From Syncephalis fuscata S228 (lineage: Eukaryota > Fungi > Zoopagomycota), in NCBI GenBank assembly GCA_025786725.1, contig JAHLTZ010000073.1, forward strand, positions 1 through 49,553: a stretch of 49,553 nucleotides of DNA, in the 5' to 3' direction. The translations under genes and the position numbers were made by a program. Of the stretch, positions 12,098 to 25,889 are shown in pieces. Position 1 is the stretch's first letter. Each line of letters begins with the position of its first letter. The notes beneath the pieces were generated by a model. It was not told the origin of the DNA and searched no databases. It was given only the letters and a program-made list of their open reading frames with translations.

Positions 12098-15000
12098 ATG
12101 CCGGACCGAATTGAAACGGCAGACAGTGGCAATAATAGCCCAGCCATTAATACCAATGATATTGAGGACGAGCTAAGCGATTACATGCATGATGCCGATA
12201 TATTCAGGCAATCTCTGAGTATACCAGTAAGTCGCTACTGTTGTAGTATGTCTATGGCTCCTTCGTCGCGCGACGTTGCCTTGGCCTCGTAAGTATAGGT
12301 GTGGACGTATTTTGCAGGGAAAGGCGCTTATATACTGTATACAAGACGTTATGGCCTTCATATTGTCGACCTGACCACACCACTAGAACCGGCCTGTTAT
12401 CTACGCTACGATACGTGCTGGGACCCGGTTGAGGTGCGTTGGAGTCCGCATCGTGCACGGGAGAACTGGGTTGCCACAACGGTAAGTGTAGTAGTAAACC
12501 ATTGAATATTAAGTTATCTGGCTATGATGTATAACATATACGATATAATTATATTAATAATCTTGTTATTAATTATTATATAGTCTAATCAGCGTGTACT
12601 TATCTGGAATGTACAAGCATCACCAAATAATCCAGTTGAACTCATTTTACCTGGTCATAAACGTGCTATTTCTGATCTTCACTGGTCACCTTACCAATCA
12701 AATATGATTGCTACTGGTGCACTTGACACCTATATTCATTTATGGGACTTGAGAACACCAAATCGACCGGTTATTTCATTATGTGCCTGGACTGGTAAGT
12801 CATTAATACATTTATATATAATAAACTAAGATCAATAATAGCGGGTGCGGCACGAGTTCAATATAATCGTAAAAACGAATTTGTTATTGCTTCAGCGCAT
12901 GCACATACGGTTAAAATATGGGACACGCGAGTAAGTAGCGTATAATATGTATACATATATGTAAATATTTAATACTGATTTGTGATATATTGTAGAAAGG
13001 CACAGCTCCTATTATAGAAATACATGCCCATGACGGCAAAGTAAACTATGTTGACTGGAGTATTGAAGAAGAAAATGAATTATTGACATGTGGTCAAGAT
13101 CGTAAATTAAAGGTTAATAATTAGCTAAGCTATTTATAATTAATTACTTATTTAATATTTATAAACAGTTTTGGAATATACAACAAGACTCAAAAGAATG
13201 TATTGGCACCATTATGACCAATGCACCAGTCCGTCTTGCTAGATATGCGGTTAGTAGAACTACTAATAAATTATTAATGATACTAAAACATTAATTTCCT
13301 ATATTTATAATAGCCATTTGGACCAGCTGTTGTATCGGCAGCACAACGATTAGATCCTACACTTCGATTATGGGCGCAAGATGCAGATGACCAGCAGCAG
13401 CAACAACAACAACAACAACCTATTCATACATTTGCAGGATCATCAGAACCGTTTCGTAAATTTGGATGGAGAATACGAAATGATTTGGGTAAAAATGGTT
13501 TACACAATAATTAATTCATACTAACTATTATTATTGTTATTATAGATGATGAATTCCAATTAGTTGCTTTATCACTTGACGGTTATTTACGACTATATCC
13601 TGTAGATAAAAAGACCACAGCAGTACGTATTTTCAACATAATATACTTATACTCATTACTATTACTATTATTTATCTTTTGTATAGATGTGTGGTAAACA
13701 AGGCAAATCAGCTATGGCCAAACAACGACCAACTCATAGCTTAAAACAACTAACTTCAGCCGTATTAAGTTGTCGTAGAACAATGCAGATACCACATATT
13801 CCATTAGATGATGGTACAACACCACCTTGTTATACAGCATCTTCTATACATCCCATGTCTACAGGTACCAGTACACCAGGTAGCAGTACACCCACTACAG
13901 GTCTATTTCCATCACAAGCCTTACTCGGAACACCCTATACTCGATCGGGCCATATGGGACCGGACATGTCACCATCAAATCGTAATAGCAGTTACAATAT
14001 GAATTTTAGTTATGCTACGCCACCCGATTATAAGATTCAAAATGATTCAGCGGCAGTGTTTAGATCCTCGCCTCAGCATCCCACACTAATACCTTCACCG
14101 GACCCGTTAATTAACAATCCATTATTACCACGACCATGTATGCCAACACCGACTACATCATCAAGCTTAGGTAATGATGCATCAGAATGGTCATTGCCAG
14201 AAGAATTTGCGCTTACTAAACGGAAATATCCACAAGTTCAGTTTGAGAAGGTATTTATTAATGCAGCACCATTACTAGAAATGTTACATTATATGTTTAT
14301 TAACAATTATTATACTATTTAGTTTGATCCATTAACCCGATCGTGTAGTCTATCCTTGGACGGCCCATGGTCCAACACTGATCTAGCCTTTGTACATGTT
14401 TCAATCGTCTTTCCACATGAGTATCCAAGTGCTCCACCCGAGATATCTGTTCATAGAAGCGCGGCAATTCCTATGGCTTATCGAAGCCATATGATTAAAG
14501 GTTTAACGCAGATTGTTTCACTACATGCTGAACAACGACAGCCCTGTCTCGATAGTATTATTTCATTTCTGCTAGGTGGCCATGTTCGCATGAAGAAAGG
14601 TCAAGATGACGGCAGTGGTAAGGAAACAGCTGTTGATGGCAGTTTATTACTATTGGAGACACATGGACCACGCAGTCGGCTATTATCAGGACAAGATCGA
14701 TCTCGTGTACCGTATCCACGTCTATGTGGTGCAGTCTTTGGTATTGATGGTAAATAATATGAGTGTATCAGCAACAATAGTGATTTGTATTAATCGTATT
14801 AAATACAATAGGTCGATTGATTGTATTCTTTTCTAAAAAGACGCCACTTACTACGGCAAATAGTATGCGTCGGCCATCAAAAATGGATGCATTTCTTGCC
14901 TTTCCTCGACGAGTTAATAGATCAGAGACGAGTTTACAGGATATGTTGAATGCCATTGGCCTGCCACCTGGATGGCCTCGTTCCTATGATCGATATGAAC

Positions 15001-17031
15001 ATGGATTAAAATCTGCTCGACGTGATTCATCTCGTCTTCGTGGCATGGCCTCCTATGATGAAGATACAGATGATGTCATGTCTGGTGGCGCATCTCGATC
15101 TGATAAAATGGTAAATAGACTCATATCAAGTGTACTATACTAGCCAAATGCTTATTAGTGACTAATAGAGCCATGTCAATGATCATGATCTAATGTCGCC
15201 TAGTCGTAAGGATACTCATTATTCAGTGGGTTTATTTAATTTCTCAAATCTATTACCAGTCAGTCGTTTACTAGCTTCTAAATACAAGTAAGTAGCTCTA
15301 AAGGGTCGTTATTGCTACTAATAGAGCAATTGTAGATTGTCGGGCGATCATCCAGCTGAAGTGGCATTGGAGAATGCTGAAATGGCCCGGTCACTTGGTC
15401 GTCATGATCTATCACATATGTGGACACTGGCCTCATTAATACTTGAAGACGCATTAAAGACGAATCAGTCTAGATCACCACGACGTCTTCGATGGGGATT
15501 ACATCCATTTGGTAGAAGACTAGTACAGAATTTGTAAGTATTATTAGCATTAAGTTATCTAATTAATTTATATTAATGGATTTATATATAGACTTGATTA
15601 TCTGGCTCGTCTAGGGGATGTACAAACACTGGCTATGTTTTGCTGTGTATTTGCCGAACCGTACCCGCCAATTCCTGCCATCAATTTATTAAATGAGCGT
15701 CAAGCGGTAAGTCTGATGTATAAATATATTAACATTTAATTAAATAGTTTATTTGTTGTATTCTATGGATAGCCCATGCTACCATTGGGATCGAGTGCAG
15801 GTATTGGTGGACATGGTGGTGTTAGTAGTACGGGTGGCGTTCATGGTTCAGGTAGCGGCAATAGAGACTATTTTACTATGCCTACAACAAAATCCCGTTC
15901 TTTTCATTCATTTATGCTGCCACCTGCGCCATCCCTACCCGCAGAGCCTTTAAAAACATCTGCACTATCGTATCTACCAGGATTTGGTCTTCGATTGTCG
16001 CAAGTATCGACACGTGATACAGATACACTGCACGGTTCAGATGTATCGCAAAGTGATGCGGCTACTACAATAGCAGCAACAACCACTACTATTACCACAA
16101 CGCGTTCACCTCATAGTAATAGTCATACGGCGTCATCAATATCGGGATTTGCTCCAAGTAATTTACATGGCCCATTAGCAATACCAACAACCATCACAAC
16201 AACGGGAATGGCTAGATCCTATGCTTCAGAACACACGGCTATTATATCGCCTTCATTAGTGGCTGCTGTCACTTCAGCGGTGCCTATTCATCCGAACGAG
16301 TCATGGCTCAACATGCCACATGCTCTAAACTCGGTCAAAAGCGATAGTGGATTCAAAGTAATGATGCTTCATAACGAGCGTGACTTTGACAGTGAAACAA
16401 GGTAAGTTTATAAGAAAAATACTATAGCGTGTAATAACAGCATTTGTTATTATGATTACTATTAGACCACGGCATGTTTCCTTGCTAGATCCACTCCACT
16501 GGGGTCAATATGATTGTTATCGACTCTATTATGCTGAATTACTTTTCAGATGGGGTTTACTTAAACAAAGATCTGAAATATTAAAGTTTGCTAGCTCTAA
16601 TGCTATTAAACGTGTACATGCTACTGATTTTGATGAACGACGCCAATTAAGTAAGTGATTTGCGTTTATATAAATTAAATGAACTGTTATTTATCCATAT
16701 GATATTTGGTAGACTTTGGCGGCTATTGTCCTGAATGTCGTACGCCATTATTATCCCAAAGCTTTTGCGAGCAGTGTAAACGCTATAGAAAAGGTATTGA
16801 ATGTGCCCTGTGTCATATCACTGTACGAGGTAAGCTACTATTTATAAATTATAATAGCGGAACAGAACGAGTATAATGATTAATGATAATATAGGACTTG
16901 TAAATGTTTGTCTAGTTTGTCAGCATGGTGGTCATCAGCATCATATACGAGAATGGTTTAAACAAGGCAATGCAGACTGTCCCACTGGTTGTGGCTGTAT
17001 TTGTGTATTAGCCTGTGGAGAGTTTAAATAG
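12098..17031 (+). CDS. MTC5: WDR59/Mtc5 (Sea3) GATOR2/SEA complex subunit: WD40 repeats, RWD domain, C-terminal zinc-binding domain; multi-exon
   Basis: N-terminal WD40s (GHKRAISDLHWSP, IHLWDLR, VKIWDTR), an RWD-like segment (FPHEYPSAPP), PYPRLCGAVFG, WGLHPFGRRLV, DVQTLAMFCCVF and YAELLFRWGL. The C-terminus reads CALCHITVRGLVNVCLVCQHGGHQHHIREWF...CPTGCGCIC. Confidence 0.93.
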
Positions 17032-17267
17032 ATATAATAATAAATAATAAATATAGTACCAAATAATAATACTACGATCATGATATTATAATCATATTGT
17101 TATAATAATGTGATTAAGAAATCCACCATGTAATTAAACAATAATAAATGCGCTGGATAGTAGCGCCAATTACGGATAACAAACGACTAACGCGAGGATA
17201 TAGCCAGCAAATGCTTGTTAGTTATAAACAGACAGGTGGCTGCATAGACTGGCACATTAATTTAATG

Positions 17268-19560
17268 CTGAAATATACAAAGTATTGAAAGTCTAATATT
17301 AGCTATATTTGCTATACAATGATAGTGTTATTCTGTATCAATAAAGTGAATTACCAGTCTCTAGCTCCATCTTATTGCTAGGTAATACCATACAGAGTAT
17401 TGAGTTTATTATAGTTCAACTGTGGTAATTAATGGCAATTGTACATTAGATTTACTATCAATAACTGTATCAACTAACCAATGAGTTGTATTCTGTGTTA
17501 AAATAAGTGCTAATAAGCATTAAAAGATAAAGTTATAGAATACCATTACAATAAGATGTTACTTGATCATATAGTTTATAGCTTATAAAATTATAAATGC
17601 AATAAAATCATTATTTATTTGTGATGAACACCATTTACAATTATTTTGACTCGCTTGCTTTTACTTTTAATTAGCAATGATCATCATACAAAGTTTTGTT
17701 TATTCAATATAGCCAAAACCATTGTAAAACACCTTAACATTGATGTACAATAGCCATGAACATTGTAAAATGGCATTATTTGTTATTTTTATTACACATA
17801 ACCGACATACAATTTAATATTCTTTATTTATAATAACTATACTCATATTTAAAAGTGATTATAATGTAGGTGGTAAAAATGCAATGTAATGTGAGTTAAG
17901 CAATAATAATGGTAATAATTTAATTAATAAACCAGCCATAAGTTTATGTATGACTTTACGTATAATCAAGCAAATTACTCGATATTTTGTACAAGTATTT
18001 ATATGGCATATAGATAGCTGCTGGCAAAGTATACCATTATTGCATTGTGTGATGATGTAGTAATTGCAATAATACACTAATAAATGTACAAAAATGTCAG
18101 TTTTTAGGCAATCATGGCTTATATACTTAATATACAGCAAAACAATTGCCGGATTCGAGTTTTCCATGCTTGAATATACCGTTTGATATAGTTTATAGAA
18201 AAATAAATTTTGCAAAAAAGTTGGTCAAAAATGCGATTTACGTTATTTTAATTTATTTAGTAAAGCGTTGATGCTATGATGTATGACTTTACGTATAATA
18301 AAGCAAATTACTCTATATTTTGTACAAGTATGCACATAGTACATATGTAACTACAGGCAAAGTATACCATTATTGCATTGTGTGATGATGTAGTAATTGC
18401 AATAGTATACTAATAAATGTACAAAAATGTCAGTTTTTAGGCAATCATGGCTTATATAATTAAAATACAGCAAAACGATAGCCAGATTCGAGTTTTCCAT
18501 GCTTGAATGTACCATTTGGTATAGTTTATAGAACAATAAATTTTGCAAAAAAAGTTGGTCAAAAATGCAATTTACGTATATAGTTGTTGACAAGAAGTAA
18601 ATTCCATAATTTTAGAAATTTTAATACTGAAAAAGTATTCAATATAAAGTAAACACAAAGCACTTTACAACGTCAAAACAAAGATAGCAGCGAGGTAGTA
18701 TGTATAAATATCTACATACAGTGACAATTTATGTTATTAATATACATATAAATTAGATGTTTGTCAACTATTTACGTAAATTGCATTTTTGACCAACTTT
18801 TTTTACAAATTTTATTGTTTTATAAACTATACCAAATGGTACATTCAAGCATGGAAAACTCGAATCCGGCAATTGTTTTGCTGTATTTTAATTATATAAG
18901 CCATGATTGCCTAAAAACTGCTATTTTTGTACATTTATTAGTATACTATTGCAATTACTACATCATCACACAATGCAATAATGGTATACTTTGCCTGTAG
19001 TTACATATGTACTATGTGCATACTTGTACAAAATATAGAGTAATTTGCTTTATTATACGTAAAGTCATACATCATAGCATCAACGCTTTACTAAATAAAT
19101 TAAAATAACGTAAATCGCATTTTTGACCAACTTTTTTGCAAAATTTATTTTTCTATAAACTATATCAAACGGTATATTCAAGCATGGAAAACTCGAATCC
19201 GGCAATTGTTTTGCTGTATATTAAGTATATAAGCCATGATTGCCTAAAAACTGACATTTTTGTACATTTATTAGTGTATTATTGCAATTACTACATCACC
19301 ACACAATGCAATAATGGTATACTTTGCCAGCAGCTATCTATATGCCATATAAATACTTGTACAAAATATCGAGTAATTTGCTTGATTATACGTAAAGTTA
19401 TACATAAACTTATGACTGGTTTGTTAATTAAATTATTCCTATTATTATTACTTAGACACCATCGAGTTTTACCACCTGACTACACTATAATCACTTTTAA
19501 ATACTATTGCATACTGCAGAATATCAATACAACAAGTTTACATTTAAATTTGTAAACCAG
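17268..19560. mobile_element. Foldback repeat family 1, copy A (non-coding; long inverted arms)
   Basis: Arms 17848-18593 and 18761-19503 are near-perfect reverse complements around a 167-bp spacer. Each arm holds two tandem units at a 334-bp period. An inverted homologue lies at about 35970-37603. Confidence 0.85.
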
Positions 19561-21149
19561 CATTGTGTCGATATTCAAGATAGTATAAATAAATAAGACA
19601 TTGTTACTGCAGGCACAACTATCAGAAATGGATATATTACATTTCTACAATAGATGTATGTATTAAAAATAACAAATAATCTATTTTTACAATGCTTATG
19701 GCTATTTGAATTAATGGTAAAGCTACACGCATTACAGCTTCAACATTGCTAATTGTACACTTTCCATTGTATATTACTTCATTTTATATAACTGTGTTTT
19801 GTAGTACCTACACGTTATTTAGAGCTGCTGTTTGATTGTATCTGGTTTATTACTGATGAGTTTTAATTTATTTTGTATATTAAGATATACAGACTGATAA
19901 TGCAAACAATATGAGCTTGTAAGTTCATTGCTTTGTTACAGGTATTTATTAGGTTGTTGCCTATAGCTAATTATTGCTAGATTATTTAACGCCAAATAGC
20001 TTGATATGGAACTGAAAACAGCTAACAATAAAGGAAACATGAGTATCAGCATTGCAATGTTGTGCGAATGTGATGGTATAAAGGTATTTACAATATATAC
20101 ACTCATACAAAATAAGAATAACAATGTTTACAACAATAGATATTTCGATGGCTGCTTTTATCCATCATACAATTCCATGTTTAATAGAACTAATATTAGT
20201 TTAAATATGTGAATACTGTTAAATCTAGTCGTTTGGCTTTCAAATCACAATATAATTAAATGATTTGATTATCTAAAAATAGAATAAATAAATATTAACT
20301 AAATAATTGATATTATTTGCAATGTACTATAGCGATATTAGAAAAATACAATAACAATTATAAATGCATTTAAATAAATAAAATATAAATTAAAGAAACT
20401 TGAATACTATTTACTAATAATAAAAAGTAGCTAGTTACATACCTGTTCTCTGCGTAATTAGAAAATAGGAACTAAAATATAATAGAAAATGTGCAAATTT
20501 GATTAGTATAGCTTATTGCAGAGTAACCATGTATTGCGCTATAGCTACTTGAGCATAAGGACAAAGTGTACGTATATTTACCATGTGGCCGTAGACAGTG
20601 CTGGCTACTCTATTCGACACAGTTAAAAGCAATAATAAACTTGGCCAAAAACAATTTGCTTTAATGATTTTATTAGATGGACTGCATTAGTATTCAACAT
20701 ATAAGCCATTGGTATTTACTGTGGCTACAAGCTTGAAACTGGTCCCATTTAGCTGCTTTGCGTGCCGCCTAAATGATCGGCATTGTTTGAAATAAAACCA
20801 TAACTGATATTGCCAAATAAACAGATTTACTTGCTATGCTACATGTAAAGTTTAGCATAGATCATTTTTACGCTTAGTCGGTTAAGCCGTGTAATCTAGA
20901 TTTAATCCATCAGCTTATCACGTTGTAAAGGGCTTACCAATATTAACGTTCAGACAATATAATGACAGCAATAAAGACTCTTTTGCAATAAGTGTACAAG
21001 AAAACACACGGTTTACTACATATTACACTAATAGTTACATGTACTGAAGATTCTACTGGAATGGTTGTAGCTGCTTATACGGAAGACTAAGAGCAATTGC
21101 GTAGTACATTGGTCATAGACGGTTTTAGACGACTCATGTTTTATTACGA

Positions 21150-21860
21150 CATTTTCCACAACTATCACAATACATAAGCTGGCTTTACCGCTCCTCCGAA
21201 CCAACACTGCACCTTTATCTTCTCTTTCTACTCTTTACCACTCGATATACACTACACTCATTCGCCCTTACTGCCATTTGCTGTCCAATATGCTTTGCAC
21301 TTGCTAGACGTCTAATGATTACAAGATCACTGCTGGTTGCTGCTATATGTACTAAGGTCGGTAAACGGGCGTGGGTGGTGCGATGCAGTTGTGCCTTTTG
21401 GCTATGAAGCACTGGATATGCAGTGTTCTAGAAGCTATATATTACGCAGTGTGTACTCCAGCATGCTGTAGAAGGTGCTTTTCTGCACATAGTTGATTGG
21501 TCTTTTGTATAGTAACATTGGTACGCTTACCGTGTGTTTGTTTGCGAGGTTGCCTTGCTGAGTATCTGGCTGTTGAGGCGACATAAGATTTGCGCTTGAA
21601 GATATCTGATATCTGATGGGCAGAGCAAATATTGTTTGGACAACCACTACTTATTGCGGTGTAGTCAAGCAGCAAACATCATTGGCACATGTGGCTCATC
21701 TCGTTTACTGACCCTTTTCAATAGATATAGATTTAAGCGATATTTAGATTTGGCAAGAACAGGGCCACAATATGCTGTACAGTCATCCGGTTTGTATTAG
21801 TATATCATTATTTATGTATTCCTTTGTTTAAATAAATAAATGTAGCATTGCTTATTTATT
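21150..21860 (+). other. ORF-less duplicated unit A (candidate non-coding transcription unit)
   Basis: Diverged direct paralogue of about 23870-24850. TATA-like TACATAAG at 21171, then a CT-rich tract, GGCGTGGGT...CTTTTGGCTAT, a hairpin at 21572-21644 and AATAAA near 21831. Confidence 0.45.
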
Positions 21861-21989
21861 AACATACTACTATTAGTTGCGTTCATATAAATACAGACAT
21901 CTTCCCATTTAATAATAGTACTAGTTGTTTCTGCTATTGTTATTACACTGATAATAAACAACCTATTAAGCCATTGAATGTGCTTTGAA

Positions 21990-22400
21990 GGCAAACGATT
22001 AAATTGAATGTTATTAAATTTATTGAACATGATGGTGGGTGGTGAGTGACATCAATCATCAAATACTCATCATTGTAGATTTATTATCCAGTATGCATTT
22101 CACCTATATCATTTCCATTATATCCTACACTATTATATATCATTATATAATATGCTAGACACATTCTATTTGGTATCAATCACAATAAACTTGGTCCACT
22201 CATTGTATTATGTATACTATAGCTTCAGTACCATTATTCATACACTTTACTGCATATTCATTTTAATATATGCCATCTTATATGCACTTTGCTTTTCTCT
22301 ATCCGAAACTATTGCTTTTTGTTGCTAGCTTTGTTATTAATAAGTTTCAGCTTATTCCAATCATTCCAGTATACTCATTACATTTATTATTTTATTCACT
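21990..22400 (+). repeat. Dispersed repeat family 2 copy
   Basis: Core motif at 22041-22070. About 22000-22170 is near-identical to about 5615-5790. Confidence 0.85.
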
Positions 22401-23869
22401 GCTATTGATTTTAACTTATTTACTATTTCTTTTTTAAATTGTAGATTAACCAATATCTTTAAGTACAAAATCTATGTCATATTAACAATCAAATAATTAT
22501 ATCAATGTAATTATTACAAGCACATAGTAAACACTCATGTTCATTAATTAGTATAACCGATTGATCAGTTGATATTGAAATACCTTATGTGGCATATTGG
22601 AACATCACATTATTATATAGTTTTAGCCAAATATATGTCTACGGATGCCATCAAATCACATAGACAAAAGGCAGGACAATAATTCAGCACACATATTCAT
22701 TTACAAAGCTCAATTATGCCAAACAGTAATCAGCAGTAGTTTTGTGATTGTTAAGTATATAGCAAGTGTAAATCATATTGAGCAATAGATAATGGCAAGA
22801 AAATATAAGAACATAAAGTTTGATTCAGAAAAAAGCAGTAAAGCCACTTTATGCCGCAAAGCCGAAACAGATGGAGAGTATTTGCGTTACACGATGCAGT
22901 TGATTAAGCATAATGGATAGATACTAGCTGCAAATTCTATTTCACTTATATTTTTATAACCAACTATATAAATAATGTACTAATACCATAAGCAATATAA
23001 TTTTATGTTGCTTCCATTTTATACTAATAAAATAAAAATAATCATTATTTGCTAATAATTGTAAAACTGTACAATTGATAAGAGCTGAAACCAACACAAA
23101 AATAAATCATTGATGACCAATTAAGTTGTTTTACTGATATATATATATGTAGTTGGAGGATATAAACGACAAGGAATTAGAGCAATGTAGCTTCTAAACA
23201 AAGGCAAAACCAATATTATACATAAGACGTCATTTGTGCTTTGATGGCAAAAACGCTATGATCGGGATACACGCCGCCACATAATTCCTTCCTCCGCCTT
23301 TATTTGACTAAGCCCAATATGTCAGTATCGGAGGGTTTATCGGTATTTGAATATAATTCATATCACTAAAGCAATGTTAGAATACACAGATTAATCTTTT
23401 AAACAAGTTTATTATTAAAAATGATATCAAGTGCAAATACAGCTGTCGTGTTTCAGCGTAAAGCAGCTCTATTTTGTTTCAGACACGATAATGTTTTATT
23501 TTATTAATATGAAATAAAGACAATAAATAAATTATTAACTATAACACCGACATAATGTTTGTACAGTTGGCTATAAATTCATGAGCAAACTACATGCATT
23601 ACGTTATCATGTTAACAAAAAGGCTTAAATTAGGTGCATAGAAATGGGTGTAAATGGTCCCGAAACTTTGGAATGAATTGGCGCAGCTAACTAAATGGGG
23701 TATAAGGGCATATCAAAGCAGCAGTCTAATTGGCCAATTGACTGCGCCCTGATATCAGCCAGCACCGTGCACTCGATGACGACTATATGTCTCGGACATG
23801 TTCAGAGTAAACCAGTCATTTATGGTAATTTGCCAAGAATTTGCCGATAGTATAAACAAATGTCCGCAT

Positions 23870-24850
23870 CCTTCCGTCAGTTTTACTGCTATATAAACTA
23901 GTTTTGCCACCGCCTCCCTCAGACTAGCCAGCATTTCTTTCTTCTTCTCTTTCTATCTTTCCTCACTCGATACCACACTCCTTGCTTACAATAATATTTT
24001 CTTCTTACTACACTTTTACTCATTCGTTGTCTCCTCATTCCAAGATCGTCGCTTACTATTTTACATACTTGAGCTAAGTAATTGGCGTGGGTAGCGCAGT
24101 GCAATTGTACTTTTGGCTATATGATAGATAGCGCTCTGAAGATATATAGTCTAATAACACTATATGATATGTGCATGTATTCCAACATGCCACAGAATGT
24201 GTTTCCGTACATGGTATAGTCGATTGAACAGCTGTTTGCGATTATTGGTTTTTGACTAGCGCTTGCAGGTGGTAGCTATGCCGGTAATTCTTGGGAATAT
24301 AAGCAACATCATCATAGCATGTACTTCAGATGCAGACATATCTAAAGTACAGACATGTTGTTTATATGATTGACACTAGCTTGATCCTTTATGACTATAA
24401 TTTCGGCGCATGATATGTACATTATGTGTATACATCGTGTGCTATGTTTATGGTTTATTGATGATAGTAGTGATCGGTGGGTTTAACTGAATATGTAAAC
24501 TGCGAAATCGAAAAACGTTAGTGATTTCCGTTTGAGGTAACAAAACACAAAAGATTTCCGAACGTTGGTGATGAACGATTGGGAGTCGACAACTGTCGAG
24601 TTCTAACATTTTTACGGTTTGGTATTATTCAGAGAACGTCTCAAGTGCGATGCAATGCGATTCTCCACATCTTGCTATAGTTAATTTACACGACAAGTTA
24701 CTTATGCTGTTTTCAATAGATATATATATTTAGGAATTGCTTAGACTCATCAAAAACAGAACCACAAGACGCCATTTGCTTATTTGATCTATATTATCGT
24801 ATTAGTATTCAGGTAATTATTTTATTAAATAAATAAACATAGCTTTTCTT
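23870..24850 (+). other. ORF-less duplicated unit B (candidate non-coding transcription unit)
   Basis: TATATAAA at 23890, then a CT-rich tract, GGCGTGGGT...CTTTTGGCTAT, a hairpin at 24297-24367 and AATAAA near 24828. Paralogous to 21150-21860. Confidence 0.45.
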
Positions 24851-24994
24851 CTTGCAAACATCAATGCATTGCAGCTGATTACGTTAATGTAACTACACCG
24901 TGCTATCCATGTTACAATGATATTGGTAATTTATTTAGTTGATTGTTTACATTTGTTAAGTTATTACAGTTATATTAAACAATTTATTAAATAC

Positions 24995-25870
24995 TTATAA
25001 TTTAATGGCCAAATGACTAACATTTAATAACATCCAACCTATTGAACATGATGATGGGCGGTGAGTGACGTCAATCATCAAATACTCATTATTATAGATT
25101 CATTATCCAATATGCATATATCTCTATCCATTTATATCGTTATTCCCATTCTGTCACCACACTACTATGCATCATTCTACAATATACTAGACACATTCTA
25201 TTGTTATATGTTTCAATAAACTTTACTCATTTCCCTCATTGCACTATATGCACTATAACTTTAACATTGTTTTTATAATTTCTTACCGGTATATTTATCA
25301 TTCTATGTATAATTCTATACTCACTTAGCCTTCCTCTATCTAAAACTGGTTTTACTTTTGCTCTAGCTCTATTATTAACAAATGTCGACTAATTCTGCTC
25401 ATTGATCATGCATATATGCTCAATAGCTTCAACGCTACTAATCGTCACTTTACATTGCATATTCTTTATATTGTATATTACTCTACTGTCTAGTAAATAC
25501 GCGCTAGCTATTGCGGTTGTTTGTTTGACTCTAGCTTTATTATGAATAAATCTTGGTTCCCTTTATTCTTAATCATTAAACTATATACACGCAACTTTAG
25601 CAAGCTAATCGTCACTTCAGTCTGCATATTCATTATGTTATTTTATTGATTTAACATACAAGAGCTACAAGCTGTTTAGAACTGTTGTCTGTTTGGCTCT
25701 AACTGTATTGTTAATAAAGTTCAGCTCATTTACTCATTAAGCTGTATGTAATCGAAAAGACTGTTTATTATAGCATAGAATGACATATAATAGTATGAAA
25801 ATAGAATAGGAGTGCTATAAGTAGATGAAGGATAGATGCGTACTGAATAGTAATAATCTATGATAAGAAT
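24995..25870 (+). repeat. Dispersed repeat family 2 copy, truncated at the MULE insertion
   Basis: Core at 25060-25089 (GGTGAGTGACGTCAATCATC). Colinear with about 5600-6310 until it breaks at about 25870. Confidence 0.8.
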
Positions 25871-25889
25871 TTAATTTAATTTATTAATA

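Noticed and set aside
17848-19503. Inverted-repeat centromere
   Set aside because: The spacer is only 167 bp and a second copy lies about 17 kb away between active genes. A centromere cannot be supported without CENP-A data.
17859-19555. Repeated 'MQNLFFYKLY...' ORFs (also 35999-37012)
   Set aside because: They use non-ATG starts, have AT-driven composition, end at different places in different copies and show no recognisable domain. They are by-products of the foldback repeat.
21393-21429. GCCTTTTGGCTA...TGTTCT resembles the 5' end of U2 snRNA
   Set aside because: The branch-point recognition sequence GTAGTA and a recognisable Sm site are absent, and the paralogous unit matches less well. 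It is not called U2.
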